From positions 15,686,001-15,750,000 of the forward strand of contig JANJGN010000034.1 in the NCBI GenBank assembly GCA_026770705.1: a DNA stretch of 64,000 nucleotides. The letters run 5' to 3'. Below are positions 52,920 to 64,000 of this stretch, piece after piece; within the stretch, counting starts at the first letter, position 1; every line of letters begins with the position of its first letter. Below the pieces are notes generated by a model, which saw nothing but the letters and a program-made list of their open reading frames with translations, did no database searches and was not told the origin of the DNA. This stretch comes from Isurus oxyrinchus. Taxonomy: Eukaryota. The position numbers and the translations under genes were made by a program.

Positions 52920-53132
52920 CCCACCCCCCCCTCCACTTCTCTCTCTCTCCGCCCCCCCACCCCCCCACCCCCACCCCCGACACACACCTTAAACCAGCTT
53001 ATATTTCAACTCTTTCTTGGACTCGAACTCAAAGTTCTGTCGAAGGGTCATGAGGACTCGAAACATCAACTCTTTTCTTCTCCGCCGATGCTGCCAGACC
53101 TGCTGAGTTTTTCCAGGTAATTCTGTTTTTGT
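52920..53132 (+). mobile_element. Solo Penelope-like repeat inserted at the IgV gene stop codon
   Basis: Matches the PLE terminal repeat; the paralogous site near 24671 is empty. Confidence 0.85.
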
Positions 53133-53176
53133 TAAAGATGGTCCTGTACATTCCTGAGATTGGGTTTGGACACAGT
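53132..53176 (-). CDS. Exon 7: TVSKPNLRNVQDHL*
   Basis: cctgttacag| acceptor; the stop position is conserved in the paralog (LRNIQDNL*). Confidence 0.6.
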   Translation of the reverse strand, partial: TVSKPNLRNVQDHL

Positions 53177-56100
53177 CTGTAACAGGAATGCTGAGAGATA
53201 ATGCAGAGAATGAAATACTTGGACAGTTTTCTTAGTAAAGGGATTATAGTTCCACTGGGAGTTTCCCTCCTGAGATTGTGCTGGTCAGGACGGTTTGTAC
53301 AAAGTGGGAAGTGATTGTTGATCCCAATCCTGAGCTCAGACATTCCACCAGGAATCACTAGATAACCACAATACTGGCCTGATTTCCCCCTCCCTGACAC
53401 AGGCTCAGTGCTGGGGAAACTCAGTCAGTGCTGGACAGTCCTGTTCCCCACAAGGTTTTCTTCTCCATCCTGATGCTCAGGTGCTGTTGTCACAAGGCCC
53501 CGTGCTTCACCTGGACAGCTCACCCCTGTCAAAGGGACATCATTAGGTCCTTCATTTCGACTGTTGGAGTGTCGATTTTGAACACAATACCTAGGAGAGA
53601 AAAACCATTACTGTGACAATGTAAGACGCTTCATTTTGAGTGTTCTGGTGTCTATTTTGTGTTCTGGTGTCTATTTTGTTTCCTAGGACAGAAAAACCAG
53701 CAGAGTTCAGGCGACATTAAAAGGATCCAACACTTTGGACAAGTGTGTAAAGGAGCCGTACAGGAGCACAGACCTGATTAAATTACACTCAACATCCTGG
53801 GCACCAATGGCAGCTGGAAAATGGGTCACAGGAGCCGCATGCTGATGGAGCACAGACTGTAGAGGAGAGCAGGCTCACAGGGGAGGCAATGGGCAAGAGC
53901 TGGACCCTCCACAGGAGCTGTGCTGACCGACAGAGGGAGGGCCAGAGGATAGAGTTAGAGAACTCTACAATAGTTCCTCCTCCCACTGCAAGGGGTGTAT
54001 GTGGAGACAGGTGGTGAGCACGGAGATGCGGATATTGAGTGAGCGAAGGGAATTCGAGATGGCCTTCCCAGCGACTGAATCATCTAATATCCGGGTTAAA
54101 GGGCGGTGGTTTGGAAAGTGCAGGAGGAGACTGAACAACAACAACTTGTGTTTATATAGAACCTTGAACAGAACACATCCTAAATGCTTATGAAACAAAA
54201 TTTGACACTGAGCTACACAAGGGTTCAGGCAGTGAGGTAGGCTTTAAGGAGCAAATGGTGTTGTTGGGAGGTAAGGAAGAGAGACAGACACAGACACACA
54301 CAGACAGGCAGAGGTTGAGGGAGGAAATTCCAGAGTTCGGGCCCAGGCAGCTAAAGGCTCAGCCACCAATGATGCAGCGATGGAAAATCAGGGATTCTGA
54401 AGACACCAGAATTGGAGGAGTGCAGAGATCTGAGGGTTGTGGGGCGGAAGGAGGTTACACATGGGGAGGAGTGAGGCCACAGAATGTTTGATAAAAGGGT
54501 GAGAATGTTAAAATCTGTCTATCTCAGTCCTAAATAAAGTCCAAGATGAACAGCGGCAGATTTACAATCAAACCCTTGTGGCACGGGACCCCCCAAACGA
54601 CAGGGGGGGGGGGGGAGATACCAAAATGAGTGAGTGAGTGCTGAACTGTTGGAAGTGCTGTCTTTCAGCTGAGATGTTAAACTGCCTGCTCAGCTGTCTA
54701 GCAGCCTCCTGTGCAGCGAAGTGTTCGGGCACAGCACGCCAAAATTATTCACCAAAACCACTTCCCGGTCTCTGGGCTCAAGCTCGGCCAGGCAATGCAC
54801 TGTGGGCAGCGCACAGCTACCGTTTTCCGTAGCCGGCCAAGCCATAAGACCATAAGATGCAGGAGCAGAAATAGGCCATTCAGCCCATCAAGTCTGCTCT
54901 GCCATTCAATGAGATCATGGCTGATCTGATAATCCTGAACTCCACTTCCCTGCCTTTTCCCCATAACCCCCGATTCCCTTACTGATTAAAAATCTATCTC
55001 AGGCTTGAATATACTTAACGACCCAGCCTCTACAGCCCTCTGCAGATTCACAACCCTCAGAGAAGAAATTCCTCATCTCTGTATTAAATGGGCGAACCCT
55101 TGCTCTGAGAGTATACCCTCTGGTCCTAGACTCTCCCACAAGGGGAAACAACCTCACCGCTTCTACCCTGTCAAGCCCCTTGAAGAATCTTTTATGTTCA
55201 AATAAGGCCACCTCTCATTTTTCTAAATTCCAATGAGTACAGGCCCAACCAACTCAACCTCTCCTCATAACAAAAGCCCCGCAAGCAGCTGTTGACCATG
55301 TGTCAATCCCACCGTCCATCCCGGAGTTATGGCCCAGAAAGCAGTACTCGGTCTCTGCACCATCCTGCAGCCGGGCAGAGAGCCAGCGGCAGGGCACTCG
55401 CACTGGACTGCGCAGGATGACAAGCTGGAAGTGATTGGATAATGCTGCTCAATGATAGGGTGGATTGAAGCATCCTCACAGCTCAGTAAATGGACAGGTT
55501 TAGATGTCAGCAACATTTAAGAAAACATTATAAAACAAAAACAGGATTAAAATGGAAACAATGAAACATTCTTCAACTCACCATTTTTGTTGCCTTTGGA
55601 ATACACAAACCGCAATTCCAGAAAGCAAAACTCCAGCAAAAAAACCAACAGCAACTCCAACTCCAATTCCAAATCCAAATCCAAGTCCAGGCTGTGCTCC
55701 TGTACAAAGTACAGGACCTGGAGACAGAATGAAGACATTAACAGACTGGGACACACTAATAAAATTAACAGCAGACACCTTCGGCACCTAGTGTTTCAGA
55801 ACCAACCCCACTACAAACAGATCCTTGGTTAATTCTAGACCTGGAGGGATGTGAGAGGATACCAATAATCACACACACACCAGGCCACCCCACAGCTTCC
55901 TGCACACACACACACACTGTCCCACAATGTGATAGATACATGCTTTCCAAATTGAGATAACTGGACACTGACCAGCAACAACCTCCGTCCAATTAAACCC
56001 AACAGTCCGCTGAAATAGAGTGGGAATTTTAAACTAAATTGCAGATCAGGAAAGCCACGGGATTGGGTGTAACACGGATTTACACCTGGGACAATATTAC

Positions 56101-59100
56101 TCTCCACTGACTTCAACCAGTGTTACACCCGATCCCTTCACCCAACAGGACGGTTTGGTTATAATTGTACCAAGACTTTCCACACAGAATTCCAGAATGC
56201 TAGTGGGAAGCAGGAATCCTCAGAGTTTTGTATCTGAGAGACAGGAAGGTGAGACTCAAACAGAAATAACAGTTCCAGGTAGTTTCAGGGCCAGTTACAA
56301 GTAACAGTGACCCACACCACTCACTCTCACAGAATCATTCTATGGTGAAATATCACACAGCATTTCAAACCTTCCAACTTTACTACCTGTCTCTGCAGCA
56401 TGTTCAAATGTAAGAGCTGAAAACACATGCAGTAGTTTAGAATCAGATTTACCTGGTACAGGCGTGTTCGGTACAGGTGTTTGAGGTCGCTCTAAAGAAA
56501 ACACCATGTGTTTAGTATTGCGTGTGAAACAAACTGCAAAAATGTTCAAAGACATTTTTTGGGCTTTAGGGAAACACATCCCAGGAGGAACGAGACCCGG
56601 ATCAAACTGATCGGGAAGGATCAGGAACAGGGTCGGCAGAGTGAAAAATCCAACAGGATTGCATTAACTGTGGGGGGTAGAATGGAAGTTTTCCAGAGTT
56701 ACCCTGAGCAGGATCATTCCCAGCAGCCTACATGCCCCTGTGGAGAGAATCCCCACAGGATCCTGGGTCTACTGGGATATACTTTCAAGGTAAGCGCACT
56801 GGGTCTTGTAAAGGCTGCCCGAGAGGTGCGATGGGCCCCACCTCCTGCACCCCGACATTTGGAGCCAGATGGAACAAATTTCTGGAGAGTGAGTGCTGTG
56901 GGGGGGGGAGTGATCACTGGAATCCTCCACATTGGTCTAAACCCCATGAACTCTCACAGCTTTTGGTCAACAATGGGCCTGGAAACCTCCTGCTGCTTAT
57001 TACCTACTGACCTCGCTTAGCTGATGAATCAGAACTCCTCCATGTTGAACACCACTTGGTGTGTGCGGTGAGTGCATTGGTGAGCCAGTGCAGCTTGATA
57101 GCAACGTTAACTTCTTCCATCACCCAGTTTGACAGCTCTGTCCTTCAGGGCTCAGCCAGCTCGCTCAGTGATAGTATTACTGAGCCACCCTTGGTCATGG
57201 ACAGTGAAGTCCCCACTCAGTACATTCTGTGTCCTTGCCACCCTCACTGCTTCCTCCAAGTGGTGTTCAGCATGGGGGCGTACTGATTCATCAGCTGAGG
57301 GAGGGCAGTAGCTGATAATCAGCAGGAGGTTTCCAGGTCCATGTTTGACCTGAAGCTGTGAGACTTCATGGGGCTCAGAGGCAACGTTGAGGATTCCCAG
57401 TGCCACTGACTCCGGACTGTATACCACTGTGCCCCCACCATGTGACAGGACATACCCAGGGATGGTGATAGAGGAGTTTGGGATGTGGGGTTAATTCTGT
57501 GAGTATGACTCTGCCAGACAGCTCTCCCAACTTGGACAGCAGTTCCCAGGTGTTAGTGAAGGGACTTTGCAGTGTCGACTGGGTTGGGTGTGTCTTTGTT
57601 GTATCCTGATTCAATACCTGGGTCACAGCCAGTGATCCATTCAGTTTTATCCTGTTTTGCTCTCCAGCCTTAGATACAAACCGATACAGGTCAGTTAATA
57701 AGCAACTAGGTTAACGTTGGACTGGAGTCACATAGAGAACAGACTGGGTATGGACGGCAGGTTTCCTTCCCTAAAGAGACATTAGTGAACCAGTTGGGGT
57801 TTTACAACAATCCAACAGCTTCAGGGTCACTTTTCCTGGGACCAAATTGATATTTCCAGGTTTGTACTTAAAGAACTGAATTTAAAATCTGACAGTGCCA
57901 TGGTGGGATTTCATTCTCTGGATTATTAGTCCAGGCCTCTGGATTGCTCATCTAGTAATTTAACCACCGACCCCATAAAATCAGGGATTAAATACAGAAT
58001 ACCTGAAACAAAAGCCTCTTACCCAACACAAAGAGATGGACGAGATCAGATTTCACTAAATAATGGAACTCCTCTTTCTTCTTGTAAATCTGACACTCAT
58101 ACACTTTCGTGTCAGACTTCCTGAGGTCAGAGATCAGAATTGACCAGTTGCCTTGTTCCAGTTGATCTTTGAACAGTTTTGTTCTGTTTCTGAACCGTGG
58201 GTCTTGTTCTGTCAAATCATCATTGCCATCCACAAACTTGTGTAAAATTTCAGATCTTGATATTCCCCAAATCACCTGTAAATCTGAGACTGGGACATTC
58301 CCTTTGTAGGTACAGGGCAGCACAATCTGCTCTCCAAGGAACCCGGAAACTGACCAGTCACCTGGAAAAGATTGAAAGCATTTATCCACAGAGATAACCT
58401 CCCTGCTGGTACATCACATCCCAAGCGTCACGTGGTTACACTGCAATGCTCGATTTGCAAGATGCACTGATCAGTAACTCACAGCTTTCATTCCTGTGGG
58501 AAGGTTAAAGCTCAGGCATTAAGGCCTTCAACTAAACCCAGCTTGTGCTGGATATTTGTTCACACAGAGCAGATGGACAGTATTTGAATCACGTTTTCCA
58601 TTTATACACAAGCTGGGAGAACTCATCAGTATATTGGTCACCTGTCCTTTGGAGGAATTCAGAGACCGGGGGTACACAATGTGTGGTGGAGCTCAGCAGC
58701 TGAAAAATGACCCTGAAATGTAATGATATGAACAGGTGGGGTGGGGGTTCCCAAGGATGTAGGAAGGGGTTTGGACAGCTTGGGGGTGGGAGGGAATGAC
58801 GGTCGAATACACTGGGTAGGGGTTTGAGGCAGAACCTGATTTACTTTCTTTATTCTTTCATGGGATGTGGGCATCGCTGGCAGGTCCAGAATTTGTTGTC
58901 CACCCCGAATGGTCCTTGATCTGAGTGGCTTGCTCGGCTACTTCAGAGGACAATTCAGAGTCAACCACATTGCTGTCTGGGTCTGTAGTCACAAAGTCAG
59001 GACAGCAGATTTCGCTTCATAAGAGGGCATTCATAAACCAGATGGCTTTTTACTAAAATCAGAAAGTTTCTTTCATATATTGTAGGTTCGTATTATTATA

Positions 59101-62100
59101 TATTATGATAAAATTATCATAGATTTATTAACTAGTTGCCATGGTGGGATTTGAACTCATGTCCCCAGAGCATTAGTCTGGGCCTCTGGGTTCCTAGTCC
59201 TGTGACAGTGCCACTATTACCATCTCTCCACTGGACTGAAAGGGATTGAGGCAATGTGTATTCTCACCACCCTCAAGATTACAAGGTCAGAGGATACAGG
59301 TGCAGGAGTAAGCCATTTGGCCCCTCAAGCCTGCTGTCTCATTCTGAAGGAATAACAGAAAATCCTGGAAAAACTCAGCAGGTCTGACAGCATCTGTGGA
59401 GAGAGAAATAGAGTCAAAGTTTCGAGTCTGTATGACCCTTATTCAGAGCTAAAGAGAGGTAAGAAATGTGATGAAATTTATACTGTTTTAAGGTGGTGGA
59501 AAAGGTGAAGCTGGATAGAAGGCCAGCGATAGGTGGGGATAGCAAAAGAGAAATTGACAAAGATGTCATGGACGAAAAAAACAAAGGGAGTGTTAATGGT
59601 AGTGGTAAGGACTAAAGGAGGTGCTGATAGTAGCTTAAAGGTCAGACAGCAGAACGTGTTAATAGCAGGACAAGGGTTATCACTGTGAAAAAACAACATG
59701 GAAGAAGTAACAGCTGGTCCTTTTGAGGGATGTGTGGGGGAGGGGGAAAAGGATGGAAAAGGGGATAAAATGTTATTTCAGAAGATGTGGCACCTTATTG
59801 AGTGCCTTCTAGAAATTGAAATACATGACATCAACTGGTTCCTCTTTATCCATCCAGCTTGTTATGTCCTCAAAGAATTCTACTAAATTTGTCAAACAGT
59901 TTCCCTTTTGCAAAACCATGTTTACTCCACCTGATTGTGTTATGATTTTCTAAACGTCCTTCTACTACCTCCTTAACAATGGAATCCAGGTGGTGGTGGT
60001 GGCAGAGGTTGAGGTTTTTGAATGAAATGTCGAAGGAGCCTTGGTGAGTTCCTGCAGTGCATCTTGTAGATGGTACACACTGCTGCCACTGAGTCGATAG
60101 TGGATGTTGAAGTTGGTGGATGGGGTGCCAATTAAGTAGACTGCTATGATCTGAATGGTGTCAAACTGCTTGAGTGTTGCTGGAACTGCACTCATCCAGA
60201 CAAGTGGAGATTATTCCATCGTACGCCTGACTTGTAGATGGTGGGCAGGCTTGGCAGGGGAGGGTAACGAGGTGAGTGACTCTCATCAGGATTCCCAGCC
60301 ACTGACCTGCTCTTGAAGCCATGGTATTTATGTGGCTGGTCCAGTTCAGTTTCAACTCAATGCTAACCCTCCAGGATATTGATAATGGCAATGACAGACA
60401 TTAGACTAACTGGCCTATATAGTTTCTAGTTTTTTGTCTCCTTCCTTTCTTGAACAGAAATGTAAAATTTGCGAATTTCCAATCCGGTGGGACCTTTACA
60501 GAATCTAGGAAATTTTTTGTGGATTATAATCAATGGATGCACTATCTCTGCAGCTGCTTCCTTTAACTCCCTAGGATGCAGGCCATCAGGTCCGTGGGAC
60601 TTGTCAGCCTTTTGTCCCACTGGTTTTTCTCTGGTGATCGTGATCTTTTAAGTCCCTCTCTCCCTTTTTGCTCCCTACTTTTCTATTATTCCTGGGATGC
60701 TTTGTGTGTCTTCTGCTGTGAAAATACAAAAAGCGTGTTCAATGTCTCTGTCATTTCCTTGTTTCTCATTAATTCCTCAGTCTCACTCTCTAAGGGATCA
60801 ACGCTCATCATCACTATTCTTTTTATACTTGTAGAAGCCTTGACTGTCTGTTTCTATATTTTTTGCTAGTTTCCTCTTATACTCCAATTTCTGTCTCTAT
60901 ATTATTTTTTAGTCATCCTTTGCTGGTTTCTAAAATTTTCCCAATCTTCTGCCAATTTCTAATCTTTGCAGCATTGTACATCTTTTCTTTCAAGTTGATT
61001 TCATCCTTAGTTAGCCACACATGGTGCACCCTTTCTTTCTTAATGGAATATATTTTTGTTGAGGTTTACTGAATATCTCCTTAAATTTCTGCCAATGCTT
61101 CTCTACTGTCCTTTATTTTAACCTATGCTCCCAATCCAGTTTAGCCAGCTCTGCCTTTGTACCCCTGTAACAGTCTTTATTTAACTTTAAGGCACTAGTT
61201 TCAGACCCAAAGTTCTCACCCTCAAACCGAATGTGAAATTCTATCATGATCATTCTTCCCTAGAGGATCCCTGATATGAGGTCAGTTATTAGTCCTGTCT
61301 CATTGCACAATACCAGGTCTAAAGTAGTACATTCCCTGGTTGGCTCCAGAATGTATGTTTCTAAGAAGCTGTCCCAAAGAAACTCTATGGACCCATTCTC
61401 CAGGCTAGCTTTGCCAATTTAATTTGTCCAATCTAAATGAAGATTAAAATCTCTCATAATTATTGCAGTACTTTTTTTTTTTAAACAAGTAACCTCCCCT
61501 CCCCCATTTTATTTATTTATACTCTGTCCTACAGTATAGCTACTGTCAGGGGGCCTATAAACTTGTCCCACCAGTAACTTCCTTCTTTTGCTTCTTCTCA
61601 TCTCCAGGCTGATTCTGCATTTTGATTCTCCAGACCAAGATTATTTCTGATTATTGTACTGGTTTTATCCTTGATTAACAGAGCCACCCCACCTTATTCT
61701 CCTTTCTTCCAGATCTTCAGAAATGTTCAAATACACTGCAATATTCAAGTCCTGGCATGGTCACCTTGCAACCATTTGTCTGTAACAGCAATATCAGACT
61801 GAGTCACTGGGTCCCAGTCACCCATCCCAGTGTCACCGAGTGTTGCTCAGTGTCCCACTGTTCACATCACAGGGGTTAATCTAAAGACATTAACTGCCTC
61901 CCTTTCAGTTCTCAGGATGATGATGTGTAATGTGAAGCTACTGTGTCCACTCCCTCAATGGCACCACTTGCAGTGCACAGCTCCTTAAAGCAAGATGAAT
62001 TCCTGATTCCCCCCTCCCTTTGATCACTGCTGAAATGTTCCAGCAGTCACAGCACTTACCTGAAACAGCAGCAACAACACTGAGCAGCAGCAGGAGTAGT

Positions 62101-62432
62101 TTCTGTAAGTTGTGTCCCTGCAACAAGAAACCACAGTTACCCCCTTTACAACAGATTCACTTCTGGTTGATGACTGGGCTGGGCCCAGCTAAGCGCATGT
62201 GTAGGTTTGATCCCCGCCCCTTTTTACCTGCAGCTCCTTTTCCATCCATTCCGGCCAATACAAGCTTAAAGGTAAAAGTCGATCCTTTCACCATTTCAAA
62301 AATCTACAGCGATCCGATAGAGGAAACTGGCTTTTTATTCACGAATAGAACTGCAGCATCTCAATCAACACATCCGAAAACTACCGGCCGCTCAGTCTCT
62401 CCCTTTACCTCAAAACAACTCGTTTGTCTCAT
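53132..62432 (-). CDS. Single-IgV type-I membrane protein, B7/butyrophilin/MOG-like, 7 coding exons, 235 aa
   Basis: join(62432-62409, 62117-62060, 58361-58023, 56491-56453, 55717-55582, 53590-53524, 53176-53132) = 708 nt. All introns are GT-AG, phases are 0,1,1,1,2,0, and there is no internal stop. Confidence 0.8.
53524..53590 (-). CDS. Exon 6: cytoplasmic (W)YCVQNRHSNSRNEGPNDVPLTG
   Basis: tttttctctcctag| acceptor and |gtgagc donor; 67 bp, same length as paralog exon 25003-25069. Confidence 0.7.
55582..55717 (-). CDS. Exon 5: transmembrane segment
   Basis: ctgtctccag| ...GLGFGFGIGVGVAVGFFAGVLLSGIAVCVFQRQQK |gtgagt. Confidence 0.8.
56453..56491 (-). CDS. Exon 4: Pro/Thr stalk ERPQTPVPNTPVP
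   Basis: ttttctttag| acceptor and CAG|gtaaat donor; 39 bp, conserved in the paralog. Confidence 0.75.
58023..58361 (-). CDS. Exon 3: IgV (V-set) domain
   Basis: 339-bp phase 1-1 exon with B-strand Cys, C-strand Trp and DxxxYxC; QDPRFRNRTKLF...GNWS is typical of B7/BTN V domains. Confidence 0.9.
58850..59228 (-). mobile_element. tRNA-headed SINE (same family as 3752-4090)
   Basis: B-box GAGTTCAAATCC and the shared LINE tail on minus. Confidence 0.7.
59355..61790 (-). mobile_element. Nested Penelope-like repeat, CR1-group LINE and CR1 fragments in the leader-IgV intron
   Basis: PLE repeat at 59355-59760; LNWTSHINT at 60161-60391; KSHGPDGLHPR at 60426-60620. Confidence 0.7.
62060..62117 (-). 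CDS. Exon 2: signal peptide GHNLQKLLLLLLSVVAAVS
   Basis: ttcttgttgcag| acceptor and CAG|gtaagt donor; the same peptide is encoded at 39056-39113. Confidence 0.85.
62409..62432 (-). CDS. Exon 1 coding part: MRQTSCFE
   Basis: AGAATGA start and GAG|gtaaag donor in phase 0, matching exon 2. Confidence 0.6.
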
Positions 62433-62654
62433 TCTCTCTTTCTGGGCGCACCCGCTCCACTGAATAAACCAGGAAAAACACCCTCTGCTGTGAGAAAACT
62501 GCAGCAAAGACTGAAATATCCGAGCAGCCAGAGATATGTGGCTTTCAGCTAAATTATATACCAAATAAACAATCCCACAGTGACTCCGGACTGAAAACCC
62601 GCTCGTGCAGCAGCCAAGAGCGGGTGGATAAAATACAAACAGGTAAAAACAGAG

Positions 62655-63012
62655 AGTTCAGTGAGAATAAACCCGCAGTCTGGTTCCTGTATTAAAGGGG
62701 TTCAGTCAGATAAACGCAGAGTATGGTTCCTGTATTAAAGGGGTTCAGCGAGAATAAACCCAGAGTTTGGTTCCTGTATTGAAAGGGTTCAGCGAGAATA
62801 AACCCAGAGTTTGGTTCCTGTATTAAAGGGGTCCAGTGAGAATAAACCCAGAGTCTGGTTCCTGTATTAAAGGGGTTCAGTGAGAATAAACCCAGAGTCT
62901 GGTTCCTGTATTAAAGGGTTCAGTCAGATAAACCCAATGTCTGATTCCTGTATTAAAGGGGTTCAGTGAGAATAAACCCAGAGTCCGGTTCCTGTATTAA
63001 AGGGGTCCAGTC
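62655..63012 (+). repeat. 43-bp satellite, about 8 units
   Basis: Same unit as 41612-42326, with GAGAATAAAC variants. Confidence 0.92.
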
Positions 63013-63029
63013 ACATGATGGAGCTACTG

Positions 63030-64000
63030 AGTTCAGTATTGCAGGGACATTTGAGCATTTTTGATAACAAGACTTGCATTGATATAGCACCTTTCATGGC
63101 CACAGGATGTCCCAAAGTGATTTATAATCAACAAAATACTTTACTACTTACAATAAAATAATATACTAACTGTGAAGTGAAGTCTTTTTGAACCATGGTA
63201 ATGCATGAAATGCGGCAATTAATTTGCGCACAGTTAACTCCCACAAATGCTGGCTCAGGACAAAAGCAGATCTCACCTGTTTTTAATGATGTGGGTTCAG
63301 GGATAAATATTGGGCTCAGGTCTTCGGGAAAACTCGCCCTGCTTAACTTCTAAATAGTGGCCATGGGATTTTTCTCATTTCTCTGAGAGCAGACAGGCTT
63401 CGGTTTAATGTTTCATCCAAACAACAGCATATCCAACAGTGTGGGTCTCCCAATCTGTAGACCCTCCGACAATGCAGCATTCCCTCAGTACTGACCCTCC
63501 GACAATGCAGCATTCCCTCAGTACTGACCCTCCGACAATGCAGCATTCCCTCAGTACTGACCCTCCGACAGTACAGTGTCCCCTCAATACTGATCCTCTG
63601 ACAGTGCAGTTCCCCCTCAGTACTGAAAGTCAGAAAATGCAGTACTCCCTCAGTATTGCACTGGGAATGTTAGACTGGATCTGGGGCTCATGTCTCTGGA
63701 ATGGGATTCAGAAGTGAGAGTGTTCCCCACTCAGTCATTGTCGGACTTTAATACAGACACTCAGCACTGGATCAATGCTGTCCTGAATTGTTCCCAGTAG
63801 ATGTGAAACCCAGTCTATACATTCAAGGCTGAGAGGTTTTGACTCAAAGGGATATGATGATCAGATGGAAAGTGGAGTTGATGGAGAAGATCAGGCACGA
63901 TCTTATTGAGGGGGCAAGTTTTGAGGGGATGAATGGCCTCCTCCTGCTCCTATTTCTGATGTGTTTGGAATGGATGTTCCCAGTGTGGGATGGACAATCT
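63030..64000. repeat. Duplicate of about 49190-50290 (DeuSINE-like SINE with 33-bp minisatellite)
   Basis: Colinear similarity by direct reading. Confidence 0.8.

Noticed and set aside
57988-58389. Rearranging Ig/TCR V segment or a specific symbol such as CD276
   Set aside because: The V domain includes its G strand and ends in a splice donor with no recombination signal sequence; orthology cannot be assigned without a search.

Overview
Repeat-dense eukaryotic genomic DNA, most likely a cartilaginous fish (inferred from the CR1, Penelope-like and DeuSINE-type repeat mix), with two assembly gaps near 39.6-40.4 kb. The main host content is a tandemly duplicated, minus-strand, spliced gene for a single-IgV type-I membrane protein of the B7/butyrophilin/MOG-like V-set class. 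The right copy (53132-62432) can be built by hand into 7 GT-AG exons with compatible phases, giving 235 aa (leader, IgV, Pro/Thr stalk, Gly-rich TM, short tail). The left copy (about 24.7-39.1 kb) has a 1-bp frameshift, no TM exon and a deleted acceptor, so it is probably a pseudogene. The two IgV domains differ strongly only on the predicted GFCC' face. Between and around the copies are decayed histone H3 and H1 genes, U1 snRNA relics, a 43-bp satellite and CTCF-like sites. Mobile DNA includes Penelope-like elements whose terminal repeats carry minimal hammerhead-ribozyme motifs (about 10 copies), CR1, Tx1-like and RTE LINEs, and a hAT relic. There is also an ORF1-less LINE with a tRNA-like (A/B box) head whose internally deleted form is a SINE present in the window. 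All calls were made by eye without database searches, and repeat boundaries are approximate.
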